The notes: generated by a model not told the origin, from the letters alone. Positions 9,165 through 19,360 are shown, counted from the first letter of the stretch. The stretch: 64,000 nucleotides of DNA from Chitinophagaceae bacterium (GCA_037718865.1 JBBJMP010000017.1:12926-76925), one strand, 5' to 3'. Numbers and translations are program-made.

Positions 9165-9636
9165 TTACCAGTCGAAGAAATCCGGGAAGTTTCGAGCCAC
9201 ATAAAAGAGCCCGCCAGCAGCCTCGATCTTACTCTGCTCCCTTAATTGGTCCGGCCGCATGCTATCCTTTCCAATCTTTACCTCGATCTTTACCGGCTGG
9301 CTATTAATAATAGCATCGATGTCAGGCGTACCACGTCTCGTGTTTCCTTTGGTCCAGCGGACCGTCTGAGAAATCGTTTCAACTTTTTCGCTGAAGATGT
9401 TAAACCGCTTGATATCGTGTAACCTCGCTTGCCCCTGCGTGCTGATCCGATTACTGTAATGGCCTTTGAAAGAAAAAAAGTCTGTAATGCACTTGGTCAA
9501 GCCCGTTACTCGATTTATCGGTATAAGGTTTGACCTGCATGGAATACCCTCCGGATGCTTCAAAGAATAAAGGGGCCCGTTCTCTGATCGATTCCAATTT
9601 GAGCTGCCTTAACATTTTCTTCCAGTCCTCTTTCAT
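9165..9636 (-). pseudogene. VRR-NUC domain nuclease with an interrupted reading frame
   Basis: The C-terminal part GTPDIDAII...IEVKIGKDSMRPDQLREQSKIEAAGG fits the VRR-NUC G.PD...E.K...Q pattern. The likely start MKEDWKKML at 9636 overlaps the upstream stop (ATGA) but is in a different frame from ORF 9165-9563. Confidence 0.6.
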
Positions 9637-10259
9637 GCAGATAGTTTTAAATCCCAAATAAGCAGATAACCTTCCGTTGTCATTGCCCATCCAGAGGAAT
9701 CCCGGTTTAACAATAAGTAGTCGGCCAGGTCCCATCCTGATTTCTTTTGCTCTTCGGTAGCATTTTTTTCAAGGAGATCCGAAACGATGATGGTGCAGTC
9801 AATCAGCTTCCTTACCTCGTCAGCTCTGATTTTCCATTTATCAAAGCAGCCGAGGTCAGGAAATAAAATAACCTGCCTGCCTTCCAAGACGCTGCAAACC
9901 TCTTTTTGTGTCCATTTGCAGCCACTCGATCCACCCGTTGCCAGCCAGATAATATCTGGAAAATAAATGCTGGCAATCATGGCTGTTTTCTCGCTTTCTA
10001 CAATTGCAACCCTTTTATCTGGATAAATAGAAAGCAATACTTCACAAAAAAAACACAGCTGCAGGTTGTTATCATAATGATTTAAAAGGCTTTTGCCAGC
10101 ATAGATTGCCTTTTTACCTTTATCGCGCCGGCCAGTAACGGGATCGTAAAACATAACTTTCGCCTGCCGTAGATTGCCCTGGATGTCAATCTGCCAGAAG
10201 ATGTTTGCACCTGGCCAACGCCGGGAAGTACCGACATAATAAGATGAAACCAACTCCAT
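9633..10259 (-). CDS. Toprim-domain primase-like protein (DUF6371-like), N-terminally truncated
   Basis: Motifs YYVGTSRRWPGANIFWQID, AIVESEKTAMIA (toprim Glu) and ILFPDLG (toprim DxD-like) are present. The expected N-terminal zinc-binding region is absent. Confidence 0.6.
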   Translation of the reverse strand: MELVSSYYVGTSRRWPGANIFWQIDIQGNLRQAKVMFYDPVTGRRDKGKKAIYAGKSLLNHYDNNLQLCFFCEVLLSIYPDKRVAIVESEKTAMIASIYFPDIIWLATGGSSGCKWTQKEVCSVLEGRQVILFPDLGCFDKWKIRADEVRKLIDCTIIVSDLLEKNATEEQKKSGWDLADYLLLNRDSSGWAMTTEGYLLIWDLKLSA

Positions 10260-10545
10260 GGCGATTGCTGCTCCGAAAAGCGAGCTCTCGATTTATCTAC
10301 GTGTAACCATTAATGGGGAGCGCTTCGAAGTAAGCACGCAACGCTATATCGAACCGCCTAAATGGTCCATTTCTGCTGGCAAGGTTATAGGTAACAGCGA
10401 GGAAGCCGGGTCAATAATCAACATCTGGATGGCGTAAATCAAAAGGTCTACACCTACAACAAGTATTGCCCAAGACGGTAAAGATTCCACTAAAGAAAAG
10501 TTGCAACGTCCCACACCCTGGTAGAAGTATTCAGGCAACCTAACA
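10258..10545 (+). pseudogene. Tyrosine integrase relic: N-terminal arm-binding domain only, multiply frameshifted
   Basis: SIYLRVTINGERFEVSTQRYIEPPKWSISAGKVIGNSEEAGSI, followed in other frames by LDGVNQKVYTYNK and QDGKDSTKEKLQ. This is the typical Bacteroidota integrase N-terminus. No catalytic domain follows. Confidence 0.65.
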
Positions 10546-10682
10546 TTCAAAAAAATTCGCTGATTGAAAAAGAATAGTTAAAGACATCGTTCACCAGTAC
10601 TGAAATAATAGTTTATGCCCATAAGTAACTAAAAGTTTACAATTGCTTAAAATTCCTATCAGTTTTTTTATATATATGTTGA

Positions 10683-10690
10683 TATATTTG
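10683..10690 (+). promoter_or_regulatory. Candidate Bacteroidota -7 promoter element (TAnnTTTG)
   Basis: TATATTTG lies about 75 nt upstream of the SusC start at 10765, in an AT-rich spacer. Confidence 0.3.
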
Positions 10691-10764
10691 CATTTTTTTA
10701 ACATATATTTATAGACGTCGAGATACCAGGCATCCTAATGCCATAATCAACTAAATGCTAGATC

Positions 10765-13700
10765 ATGAAAACTAAATTAAAACGACATTGCTATCCGGTT
10801 GTCATTCTTTTACTCCTACTGGGTATTTCCTTTAAAGGCCAGGCTCAAACAAATGCAACGGTTACAGGCATTGTACGCGATGAAGCAGGCGCTGTGCTTC
10901 CTGATGTGACTATTACCGTCATTAATGAATCGGATAGTGCTTTGCAAAAGAGTACTATCACCAACGATAAGGGCGTTTTTAGTTTTAACCAACTTGTTCC
11001 CGGTTCTAAATACCGTTTCACAGTATCCCATGTTGGATATCAGCAGCAGGTGATTCGCAACTATAGTGTAAAAGCCGGAGAAAATACTGCCGTTGCGATA
11101 TCGCTGGTTGCCGCAGCAAACGCTGCTATGGACGAGGTTATTGTAGTTGGTTATGGTACACAAAAAAGAGTAAACGCTACAGGTGCAGTTGATCAGATCA
11201 CTTCAAAAAATCTGGAAAACCGGCCAATGACCAACCTAACCCAGGGTCTGCAGGGTTTGCTACCGAATTTAAATCTGAAAATGTTGGATGGCAAGCCCAC
11301 TCAATCGCCAAGTTACAATATCAGGGGCACCACTTCAATTGGTCAGGGTGGTAGCGCGCTCATTTTGATAGATGGGTTCGAAGGAGATCCAAGTTTGTTG
11401 AATCCAAATGATATTGAAACCATTTCCATCCTGAAAGATGCAGCCTCTGCCGCTATTTACGGGGCAAGGGGAGTATTTGGTGTGGTGTTAATTACTACAA
11501 AGAAAGGAGTGAAAGGTCGTACCAGTGTAACGTATTCAAGCAATTATGCACTGAAATCGCCCATCACCAGGCCCGATTTTGTAACCGATGGTTACCTATG
11601 GTCAAAAATGTTTGCAGAGTCCTTTGTTAATGGGGATGGTGCGTTCCCGCAAAATGCCAATAAGACTCAGAAATTTTCGCAGGCATACCTGGAAGAATTC
11701 AGGAAAAGATCTGAATCAGGACAGCCTTACAACCAGATAGAAGTTGATCCAAATACAGGTGAGTACACATATTATGGCAGCACCGATTATTACGGTGAGT
11801 TGTATAAAAAAAATACAGCAGCTTTTGAAAACAATATTTCTGTAAGCGGGGGTGGTGACCAAGCGACGTTTTTAGTTTCGGGGCGGTTCTTAAAGCAGGA
11901 TGGATTATTCCGGTACAACACTGATGACTACGATACCAAAAATATCCGGGCAAGGGGTTCTATTGAATTGTTCCCCTGGTTAACCGTTGAAAATAATACC
12001 GATTATTCTGTTGTAAACTATCATAACCCTATTAACGTGGGCGAGGGCGGCGGCATCTGGAGGAATATCGCCGATGAGGGCAAACCCACGATGCCCTTGT
12101 TTAATCCGGATGGTACGTTAACTTTTGCTTCTGCGTTTACCATCGGAGATTTTGTATATGGGAAAAATGGAATTGATACACGTCGCGAGGTATTCAGGAA
12201 CATTACCGGTTTGAGAAGCAGATTCTTCAATAATAAATTCCGGGTAAATGTTGATTTCACGTTTCGTAACACGGAAAATAACAGATACCAGAAACGTGTT
12301 CAGGTACCCTATAGCAACTTCAGGGGAGTTACTTCGTATGTAGGAACAACGACCAATGATTTATTGTCCGATGACCGTAAAACCAGGTATTTGGCAACCA
12401 ATATCTATGCAGAATATGAAAACGATTTCGGGGATAACCACTACCTGAAGGCAATGGTTGGTTACAACTATGAGCAATCTACTTATAACCGTGTTGCCGT
12501 ACAGCGTAATGGCCTAATTTTCGAAAATGCTACGGATTTAAACCTGGCTTTGGGGCAGGCCATAACCACCGGCGGCGGTTATGAACAATGGGCTATCCTG
12601 GGAGGCTTTTCAAGATTGAATTATGCTTTTAAAGATCGTTACCTGATTGAAGTGAATGCCCGTTACGATGGTTCATCAAAATTCCCGTCCAATCAACAAT
12701 ATGGTTTTTTCCCATCTGTTTCTGCAGGCTGGAAAATCAATAAAGAGGCGTTCTGGAATGTTTCGCCCAGCGCTGTTTCCGAATTAAAGCTCAGGGCTTC
12801 TTATGGATCACTTGGTAATGGTAATATTGCATCCTATTCCTTCCAGGAGATTTTCAACATCAGCCAGACAGGGGTGATTTTAAACGGAGCAAGGCCTCAG
12901 ACCACCCGTAATCCTGCCGTACTGCCTGACGGCCTTACCTGGGAAACTTCCACTACCAGTAATATCGGTTTAGACCTGGCGATGCTTTCTGGCCGCCTGA
13001 CTTTTATGGGTGATGCATACGTCCGCAAAACGACAGATATGTTTACGTTTGGCCTGACTCCTCCTGCTGTATTTGGAGCGGCTACTCCCAAAGGTAACTA
13101 TGCTGACCTCACCACCACGGGTTGGGAAGCTTCCCTTACATGGAACGACAAATTGGGCAACAGCAAAAAACCCGTGAGGTATAGCGTACGATTGACTTTA
13201 TCCGACAACAAATCAAAAATTGACCGGTACAATAACCCGGACAAATTGCTGAGCGATTATTACGAAGGACAAACCCTGGGCGAAATATGGGGCTACGAAA
13301 CAGAAGGTTTCTTTATTGATGCGGCGGATATCGCTGCACATGCGAAGCAGAATCCGCAAATGAGGGCGTCCCCTTCCGGCTTATGGTTCCCGGGTGATAT
13401 CAAGTTGAGGGACATGAACAAGGATAATTTAATTAACGTGGGAGAAAATAAAGTGGGCAAATCTGGCGACAGGAAAATCATCGGCAATTCAGCGGCCAGG
13501 TATACATATGGCGTCAACCTGGGTGCAGACTGGAGTAATATTTCATTCTCTGTTTTCTTCCAGGGTGTGGCTAAACAACAATGGTATCCGAGCACCGAAA
13601 CAGAAATGTTTTGGGGACAATATAACCGTCCTTACAATAATGTACCCACTTTCCAATTGGGTAATATCTGGACACCCGAAAACACCAATGCGTATTTCCC

Positions 13701-14046
13701 AAGAACAATGTCAAGAGCGGCATCCAGTAACACGAACCGCACTTTGGGCGTTGCACAGACACGTTATTTGCAGAACGTTGCCTACCTGAGAATGAAGAAT
13801 ATCCAGGTTGGCTATAACCTGCCTTCAGGATGGATAAGTCGTATTGGTGCCAAAAGTATAAAAGTATATTTCTCGGGAGAGAATCTATACACTTATTCAC
13901 CGATGTACAAGATTCTCAAAAATACTATTGACGTAGAAAATGCTGTCCCTGTAGACCAGGACCTGAACAGTGGCAGTACCAACGGGGATGGTTACAACTA
14001 TCCATTATTAAAGAGTTTTTCTTTTGGCGTAAACCTCGGGTTTTAA
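10765..14046 (+). CDS. SusC/RagA-family TonB-linked outer membrane protein
   Basis: 1093 aa. It has a signal peptide, a CarboxypepD_reg-like segment (VTGIVRDEAGAVLPDVTI), a plug region (VVGYGTQKR, ILKDAASAAIYGARG) and a barrel ending in F. A SusD homolog follows. Confidence 0.95.
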   Translation: MKTKLKRHCYPVVILLLLLGISFKGQAQTNATVTGIVRDEAGAVLPDVTITVINESDSALQKSTITNDKGVFSFNQLVPGSKYRFTVSHVGYQQQVIRNYSVKAGENTAVAISLVAAANAAMDEVIVVGYGTQKRVNATGAVDQITSKNLENRPMTNLTQGLQGLLPNLNLKMLDGKPTQSPSYNIRGTTSIGQGGSALILIDGFEGDPSLLNPNDIETISILKDAASAAIYGARGVFGVVLITTKKGVKGRTSVTYSSNYALKSPITRPDFVTDGYLWSKMFAESFVNGDGAFPQNANKTQKFSQAYLEEFRKRSESGQPYNQIEVDPNTGEYTYYGSTDYYGELYKKNTAAFENNISVSGGGDQATFLVSGRFLKQDGLFRYNTDDYDTKNIRARGSIELFPWLTVENNTDYSVVNYHNPINVGEGGGIWRNIADEGKPTMPLFNPDGTLTFASAFTIGDFVYGKNGIDTRREVFRNITGLRSRFFNNKFRVNVDFTFRNTENNRYQKRVQVPYSNFRGVTSYVGTTTNDLLSDDRKTRYLATNIYAEYENDFGDNHYLKAMVGYNYEQSTYNRVAVQRNGLIFENATDLNLALGQAITTGGGYEQWAILGGFSRLNYAFKDRYLIEVNARYDGSSKFPSNQQYGFFPSVSAGWKINKEAFWNVSPSAVSELKLRASYGSLGNGNIASYSFQEIFNISQTGVILNGARPQTTRNPAVLPDGLTWETSTTSNIGLDLAMLSGRLTFMGDAYVRKTTDMFTFGLTPPAVFGAATPKGNYADLTTTGWEASLTWNDKLGNSKKPVRYSVRLTLSDNKSKIDRYNNPDKLLSDYYEGQTLGEIWGYETEGFFIDAADIAAHAKQNPQMRASPSGLWFPGDIKLRDMNKDNLINVGENKVGKSGDRKIIGNSAARYTYGVNLGADWSNISFSVFFQGVAKQQWYPSTETEMFWGQYNRPYNNVPTFQLGNIWTPENTNAYFPRTMSRAASSNTNRTLGVAQTRYLQNVAYLRMKNIQVGYNLPSGWISRIGAKSIKVYFSGENLYTYSPMYKILKNTIDVENAVPVDQDLNSGSTNGDGYNYPLLKSFSFGVNLGF

Positions 14047-14098
14047 CCTGATATAGAATGCTGCACTTCGTCAGCTAAAAAAGTAAAATAATAAAGAC

Positions 14099-15877
14099 AT
14101 GAAAAAATTATATATAGGGATTTTGCTGGGCAGTTTAGTTTTTACAGCCTGTACCAAACTGGATCAGCTGCCGCAATCAACCGCTTCACGAGATGCCGTC
14201 TTCGGTACGGAAAACGGCCTGAAATTATATACAAATTCCTTCTATGGAATGGGATTTCTTCCCAAAAACTCGCCATCCCAGGACGCGATGTCGGATTACC
14301 TGGCGGTAAGGGCTGTTCCGGATTTTATCCGGGAGGGAGCTTATGGTGCCAACAACAGTTCCGGATGGACCTGGACAGACTTAAGGAATATCAACTATTT
14401 TATTCAAAATTGTAATGATCCGGCAGTACCTGCAGCCGTTCGCAATAACTACCTGGGTATCGCGCGCTATTTCAGGGCCTATTTTTATATGGAAAGGGTC
14501 GAACGCTTTGGTAATGTACCCTGGATCGGAAAACCGTTGAATTTAGATGATCCGGCGTTAACAGCTGGTCGTGATACAAGGGAGCTGGTGATGGACTCGG
14601 TATTGGCTGATCTCGATTTTGCCTGCGCCAACATTCTAACTGCCAATGATCCAAGCCGTACAACCATTACCAAATGGGTGGCTTTTGCATTCAAATCGAG
14701 GGTCTGTCTTTTTGAAGGGACCTATAGAAAATACCATACTGAATTGAATTTAATGGGCTCGGCCAACAAATGGCTGCAGGAGTCCGCCTCAGCTGCCGAC
14801 CAAATCATCAAAAACGGAGGTTTCTCGATCAACACAGCCGGAGGCCCGGGGGTGTCTTATCGCCAGGTTTTTACCAGCAATACCCCCTTGGCAAATGAAG
14901 TGTTGCAAGCTGCAGTTGCAGACGTCAATCTTGGGGTCTTACAGGACGCGAACTGGTGGTGGACCAGCGGTACTTACGGACAAAAAGCGAGCTTTACGCG
15001 CACATTCATTAACACTTATCTGAACCTGGACGGTACACCCTTCACCAACAATCCCGCGTATACAACTATGCTTTTCAAGGACGAGGTAAAAAATCGCGAT
15101 CTGAGGCTGAAACAAACCATACGTTCACAAGATTATAAGAGGATCAGCAACGGACAACAAGTACCTGCGCCTCCAGTTTTCTCTTACACATTTACAGGAT
15201 ACCAGCCAATTAAAACGACATTGGACGATGTTAGTTTTGACGCAGGTGCTTTAAACACAAATGCGGTGGTCTTGTTCCGTTACGCTGAAGTATTATTAAA
15301 TTATGCAGAAGCAAAAGCGGAGTTGGGCACTCTGACAAATTCGGATTGGTCGCTTACCGTGGGTGCACTAAGAGCAAGAGCGGGAATTACCGGCGGCTTA
15401 ACCACGAAACCATCCACTGCTGATCCCTATCTGATGACGAATTATTTTCCGAATATTACGGATCCAACCATACTTGAAATCAGGAGGGAACGGGGTATTG
15501 AATTGTGTTTAGAAGGATTACGTTTCCCGGATATCCTGAGGTGGAAAAGAGGAGAATTGATGGAAAAAGAATGGAACGGGTTTTATGTTCCGGCGCTGAA
15601 TACACCGATGGATTTAAATGAGGATGGTATTTTGGATGTGGCCTTTTACCAGGGAACACGTCCTTCGCCCGCCGTAAGTGGAGTAACATATGTGGATGTT
15701 TCGGCCCGGATTGGCAATGCCGTAAATTCACAATTACTGAAGAACGGTACTTCAGGCGAGCTGATATGGATGAATGAAATTCCGAGGAAATGGAACGATC
15801 GAAATTACCTCTATCCCATTCCGTTGAATGATTTGCAGCGCAATCCGAACTTGAAACAAAATCCGGGCTGGAATTAA
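14099..15877 (+). CDS. SusD/RagB-family nutrient-binding outer membrane lipoprotein
   Basis: 592 aa with a lipoprotein signal (LVFTAC). The SusD-like C-terminal motifs RRERGIELCLEGLRFPDILRW are present. It lies directly downstream of SusC. Confidence 0.93.
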   Translation: MKKLYIGILLGSLVFTACTKLDQLPQSTASRDAVFGTENGLKLYTNSFYGMGFLPKNSPSQDAMSDYLAVRAVPDFIREGAYGANNSSGWTWTDLRNINYFIQNCNDPAVPAAVRNNYLGIARYFRAYFYMERVERFGNVPWIGKPLNLDDPALTAGRDTRELVMDSVLADLDFACANILTANDPSRTTITKWVAFAFKSRVCLFEGTYRKYHTELNLMGSANKWLQESASAADQIIKNGGFSINTAGGPGVSYRQVFTSNTPLANEVLQAAVADVNLGVLQDANWWWTSGTYGQKASFTRTFINTYLNLDGTPFTNNPAYTTMLFKDEVKNRDLRLKQTIRSQDYKRISNGQQVPAPPVFSYTFTGYQPIKTTLDDVSFDAGALNTNAVVLFRYAEVLLNYAEAKAELGTLTNSDWSLTVGALRARAGITGGLTTKPSTADPYLMTNYFPNITDPTILEIRRERGIELCLEGLRFPDILRWKRGELMEKEWNGFYVPALNTPMDLNEDGILDVAFYQGTRPSPAVSGVTYVDVSARIGNAVNSQLLKNGTSGELIWMNEIPRKWNDRNYLYPIPLNDLQRNPNLKQNPGWN

Positions 15878-15878
15878 G

Positions 15879-16745
15879 ATGCATAGAACACTAAATTATC
15901 AAGAAATGAATTTTCGAATCTGGATGGCTGCGGCTTTCCTTTTCCTTACCGCAGTTAGCACACACGCGCAGAAAATCACCATCGGCACCTTTAATGTTCG
16001 TTATGACAACCCTAGAGATACGGGCAATTTGTGGGTCGACAGGGCGCCCATAGTGTCCAACCTGATTCGCTTCCACGATTTTGATGTACTCGGGATCCAG
16101 GAGGGGTTGAAAAATCAACTGGACGATATAGCTACTGCCTTGCCGGAATATGCCCGCTATGGTAAAGGCCGCGACGATGGAAAAGATGCCGGTGAACATT
16201 CTGCGATCTTTTACAAAAAGGATCGTTTCACCTTATTAAAAAGCGGTGATTTCTGGTTGTCGGAAACCCCGGATAAACCCGGTAAAGGGTGGGACGCGAC
16301 ATGTTGCAACAGAATTTGTTCCTGGGTTTATCTGGAGGACAAGGTAACAAAAAAGCGATTTTATACTTTCAATGTACATTTCGATCACCAAGGGGTAGTG
16401 GCCCGCCGGGAAAGCAGCAAGCTAATTCTTGCAAAGATTACGGAAATTGCCGGGCAGGCTCCGGTCCTTTTTACGGGAGATCTTAATGGTGGAAGAGACA
16501 GCGAATGGTACCAGACATTGGCAACATCGGGTTTGTTAACAGATGTATTCACAAAAGTCAAGTTTCCATACGCCAACAATTCATCGGCAAACGGTTTCAG
16601 GACACCACGTGGCAAAACAGTGATTGACCATATCTTCATGACGAAACAGTTCACAGCGAGCAGGTGGGGAATATTAACAGACACCTATTTTGGCAAATAT
16701 CCTTCAGACCATTTTCCTGTTTTAGGAGTAGTCGAACTCCAGTAA
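15879..16745 (+). CDS. Secreted endonuclease/exonuclease/phosphatase (EEP) family protein
   Basis: The signal peptide probably starts at 15906. EEP motifs are present: GTFNVRY, LGIQEG, FNVHFDH, GDLN and SDHFPV. Confidence 0.88.
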   Translation: MHRTLNYQEMNFRIWMAAAFLFLTAVSTHAQKITIGTFNVRYDNPRDTGNLWVDRAPIVSNLIRFHDFDVLGIQEGLKNQLDDIATALPEYARYGKGRDDGKDAGEHSAIFYKKDRFTLLKSGDFWLSETPDKPGKGWDATCCNRICSWVYLEDKVTKKRFYTFNVHFDHQGVVARRESSKLILAKITEIAGQAPVLFTGDLNGGRDSEWYQTLATSGLLTDVFTKVKFPYANNSSANGFRTPRGKTVIDHIFMTKQFTASRWGILTDTYFGKYPSDHFPVLGVVELQ

Positions 16746-16938
16746 GAAAAATGGTTTGCGCAACAAATGACTAGGATAAAAATAATTATCATCCGCCCTT
16801 AATTGAAAATATTAATTTTATATCTTAGGGTCTTTCAGGCATACCAAATACCTACAAAAAGCGCTAATTTTATAAATCACCCCGGTGAACTGAACCAAAC
16901 AAGTTATTTGAAACCCAAGCTGGGCGCCACTCTCCTAT

Positions 16939-16963
16939 TCAGGTTTGAATCCTGACGCGGTCA
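16939..16963 (+). other. Orphan tRNA 3' fragment (T-arm plus 3' acceptor strand)
   Basis: TCAGG-TTTGAAT-CCTGA followed by CGCGGTC-A. No complementary 5' acceptor strand (GACCGCG) or D/anticodon arms are seen upstream. Confidence 0.5.
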
Positions 16964-16972
16964 CAGATAATC

Positions 16973-16999
16973 AAGCACTTATACAATAGGTGCTTTTTT
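16973..16999 (+). terminator. Rho-independent terminator-like hairpin
   Basis: AAGCACTT / AGGTGCTT stem (8 bp with one G-U), a 7-nt loop, then a T-run through 16999. Confidence 0.6.
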
Positions 17000-17000
17000 G

Positions 17001-17022
17001 TTTGCATACAATTTGCATACAA
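17001..17022 (+). repeat. Tandem direct 11-mer TTTGCATACAA, two copies
   Basis: Read directly, immediately after the terminator-like hairpin. Confidence 0.7.
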
Positions 17023-17028
17023 ACAAGG

Positions 17029-17375
17029 TTATTTGCCTTTACTTAAATGAAATATTAATCCAATTCCTATTACCAATTCTATTGGTGTGACATATGAAAC
17101 AGGCTCTAACCCATCATTAATATGCCAAGAACTGGAAAATACACCAATCACTGTACCACTTTTACCAAATACAGGCCCACCACTTGCACCAGGATCAATT
17201 TGTATGGAGGTTTGATAACAGGCATTTCTACTAATGGCGAACCTTCTGGAAGATATTTAACCATCTTACCTGTGTACGAATTAGGAAACAGTTTAATTGT
17301 ACTTATGCCATTCAAAACTTCATTTATTGTATTTGGGAAGCCATAAATTCCTAAATTTAGTAAATTTGCTTCCAC
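17029..17375 (-). pseudogene. Trypsin-like serine peptidase relic (C-terminal half, frameshifted)
   Basis: IDPGASGGPVFGKSGTVIGVFSS (the GxSGGP serine motif) lies in one frame and the upstream part (ORF 17148-17375) in another. There is no room upstream for the His/Asp half. Confidence 0.5.
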
Positions 17376-17439
17376 ATCTTATAAAGCTATGGGCATAAAA
17401 ATGGCGTTAATGAGTAATACAAATGAAAGTGGTTGTTAT

Positions 17440-17895
17440 TTATTGGCAAATTATTGAAGCATGTCTTGCAGTTTGTTGCCACTTCCCATTTTTCTTTATC
17501 CAAATATTTGTGAAACGTCTTTTATATGTCTGCCCTGCTCTTGCGCCGGGAGTATCGTTTCTTGATACAAAAGTTTCATGTCCCATTGTAATAATAAAGT
17601 TTTTTTGGAACTGTATTCTTTCAATAATTCTTTCAAAAGAACTATAGTTAATCATGCCTGCTTTTTGGGTTAGCAAAACAGAATCCCGGTTTCCAGAAAT
17701 ATCATTTCTTGGATTGTTAACCAAAAACTCAGGTGCCCAAACTTGTTTGAGCCTATTTGTGTCTGCATTTAAAATTGCAGTCACTACAATTTGTTCCAAT
17801 CTTCGAATTTCAGCTTCAGATTTAGAGTTGTCCTGTGCATTGGTCGCAAGTACAGTAGTAATAGTAAATGCGCTTAAAAAAACAAACTTTGTCAT
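17440..17895 (-). CDS. Secreted NTF2-like (DUF4440/SnoaL-like) protein
   Basis: 151 aa. Signal peptide, then the pattern EIRRLEQ...A....D...L..V.A.EF... ending WIKKNGKWQ, typical of DUF4440. Confidence 0.7.
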   Translation of the reverse strand: MTKFVFLSAFTITTVLATNAQDNSKSEAEIRRLEQIVVTAILNADTNRLKQVWAPEFLVNNPRNDISGNRDSVLLTQKAGMINYSSFERIIERIQFQKNFIITMGHETFVSRNDTPGARAGQTYKRRFTNIWIKKNGKWQQTARHASIICQ

Positions 17896-18482
17896 ACTGC
17901 ATTATTTTATTTAATTATATGCAATAATAAGATGAAATAAATTGTTGGGCTGCCAGTGGTTTTGATCAGTGTCGCAGTAATTGCCCATTCCTGACCTGAA
18001 CACCTCCTTCCTGTACATTGCCTGCCTTTTGGGAGAAGATGGCAGTAAGGGGGCTTATAATAGGGTTGCTGGTGGTTTTATCTACTCATCAGCTTACAAT
18101 TCATTTGGAAGTAGGAATTGGCCGCAATCTTTATACGGAACCAGGTGAAGCCCTGTAAGATCCTCTCTTATTGATTGAAATCTTTCTAAGATTATATCAG
18201 CATCAGGTGACTGAAAATATACCTTGCGAAGTTTCATTGTTTCAATAAGTAAGCGGTCTACTTATCTATTGAAGAAAGGAAATGAATACCCTATTACAAC
18301 CAAAACATTTTCAGGCGTTAACGTATTGTTTAATTGACCAGTGAAATGAAAATATTTACTATAGGTTTTAGCTTTAATGTGTGCATTTCCATTGAGTTCA
18401 AGCAGACTCGCTGTATTATTATCACACACATAACACAGTTTTTTCAAAAGGCTAAAATTTTTAAGGCCACAACAAAAATAAT

Positions 18483-19233
18483 ATGAAAATAGTAGTAATC
18501 GGCGGTAGTGGATTGGTTGGTTCAAAAGTCGTAACCAAGCTTCGCAAGCTGGGTCACGAGGTCATCGCTGCTTCACCACAAGTGGCATCAATACCATCAC
18601 AGGTGAAGGACTGGTAAAAGCATTAGAAATGCACAGGTGGTGGTTGATTTAGCGAACTCACCACACCATCATTTGAAGACAGTGCGGTCATGAAGTTCTT
18701 CGAAACGGCAGGGAAAAAGTTATTTCCTGTTGAGGTTTTCAGCGGAGTGAAACACCACATTGCTTTTTCAGTGGTAGGCACTGACCCGCTTTCTGAAATT
18801 GGTTATTTCAGGGCAAAGTCAGTACAGGAAAGATTGATCAGGGAATCCGGCATACCCTATAGCATAGTTCATTCAACACAGCTTTTTGAGTTCCTAGGCA
18901 GCATAGCACAATCGGCCACCGCTAGTGACAGTATCCCTGTCACCTGCCATGTTTCAGCCGATCGCATCAGACGATCCGGCTGCTGTGATGGTGAATGTTG
19001 CAACAGGTGATCCGCTCAATGGCATAATCGAGATTGCCGGTCCTGAACGACTGGGTATGGACGTGTTCGTTAAACGCAATTTAAACAAAATGCAGGATCC
19101 GCGTAAAGTGATTACGGATGTACACGCAAAATACTCTGGTGCGGAGTTAAATGATAAAATGCTGGTGCCTGGTAAAAATCCACGCATCGGATCCATCGAT
19201 TTTGAAACATGGTTCAAGGGAATTCAATTTTAA
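18483..19233 (+). pseudogene. NAD(P)H-binding SDR/NmrA-like oxidoreductase with several frameshifts
   Basis: MKIVVIGGSGLVGSKVV (Rossmann GxxGxxG). The expected continuation is spread over three frames (ORFs 18690-19010 and 18925-19233, plus short pieces). Confidence 0.75.
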
Positions 19234-19360
19234 ATGTATTACTCCAATTTATTTTCTAACTCTACAATAGTACCTTTCATACATGATCGGCTTGAATACA
19301 AGAACTGTTGTTTTTAAATTACGTCAGTGCAATTACTAATTAAAATTTTTATGTATCCAC

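Noticed and set aside
10344-10550. A 68-aa minus-strand ORF
   Set aside because: It is antisense to the integrase relic and has no motifs.
16885-16963. A complete tRNA gene
   Set aside because: Only the T-arm and the 3' acceptor strand are recognisable. No complementary 5' acceptor strand, D-arm or anticodon arm could be built by eye.
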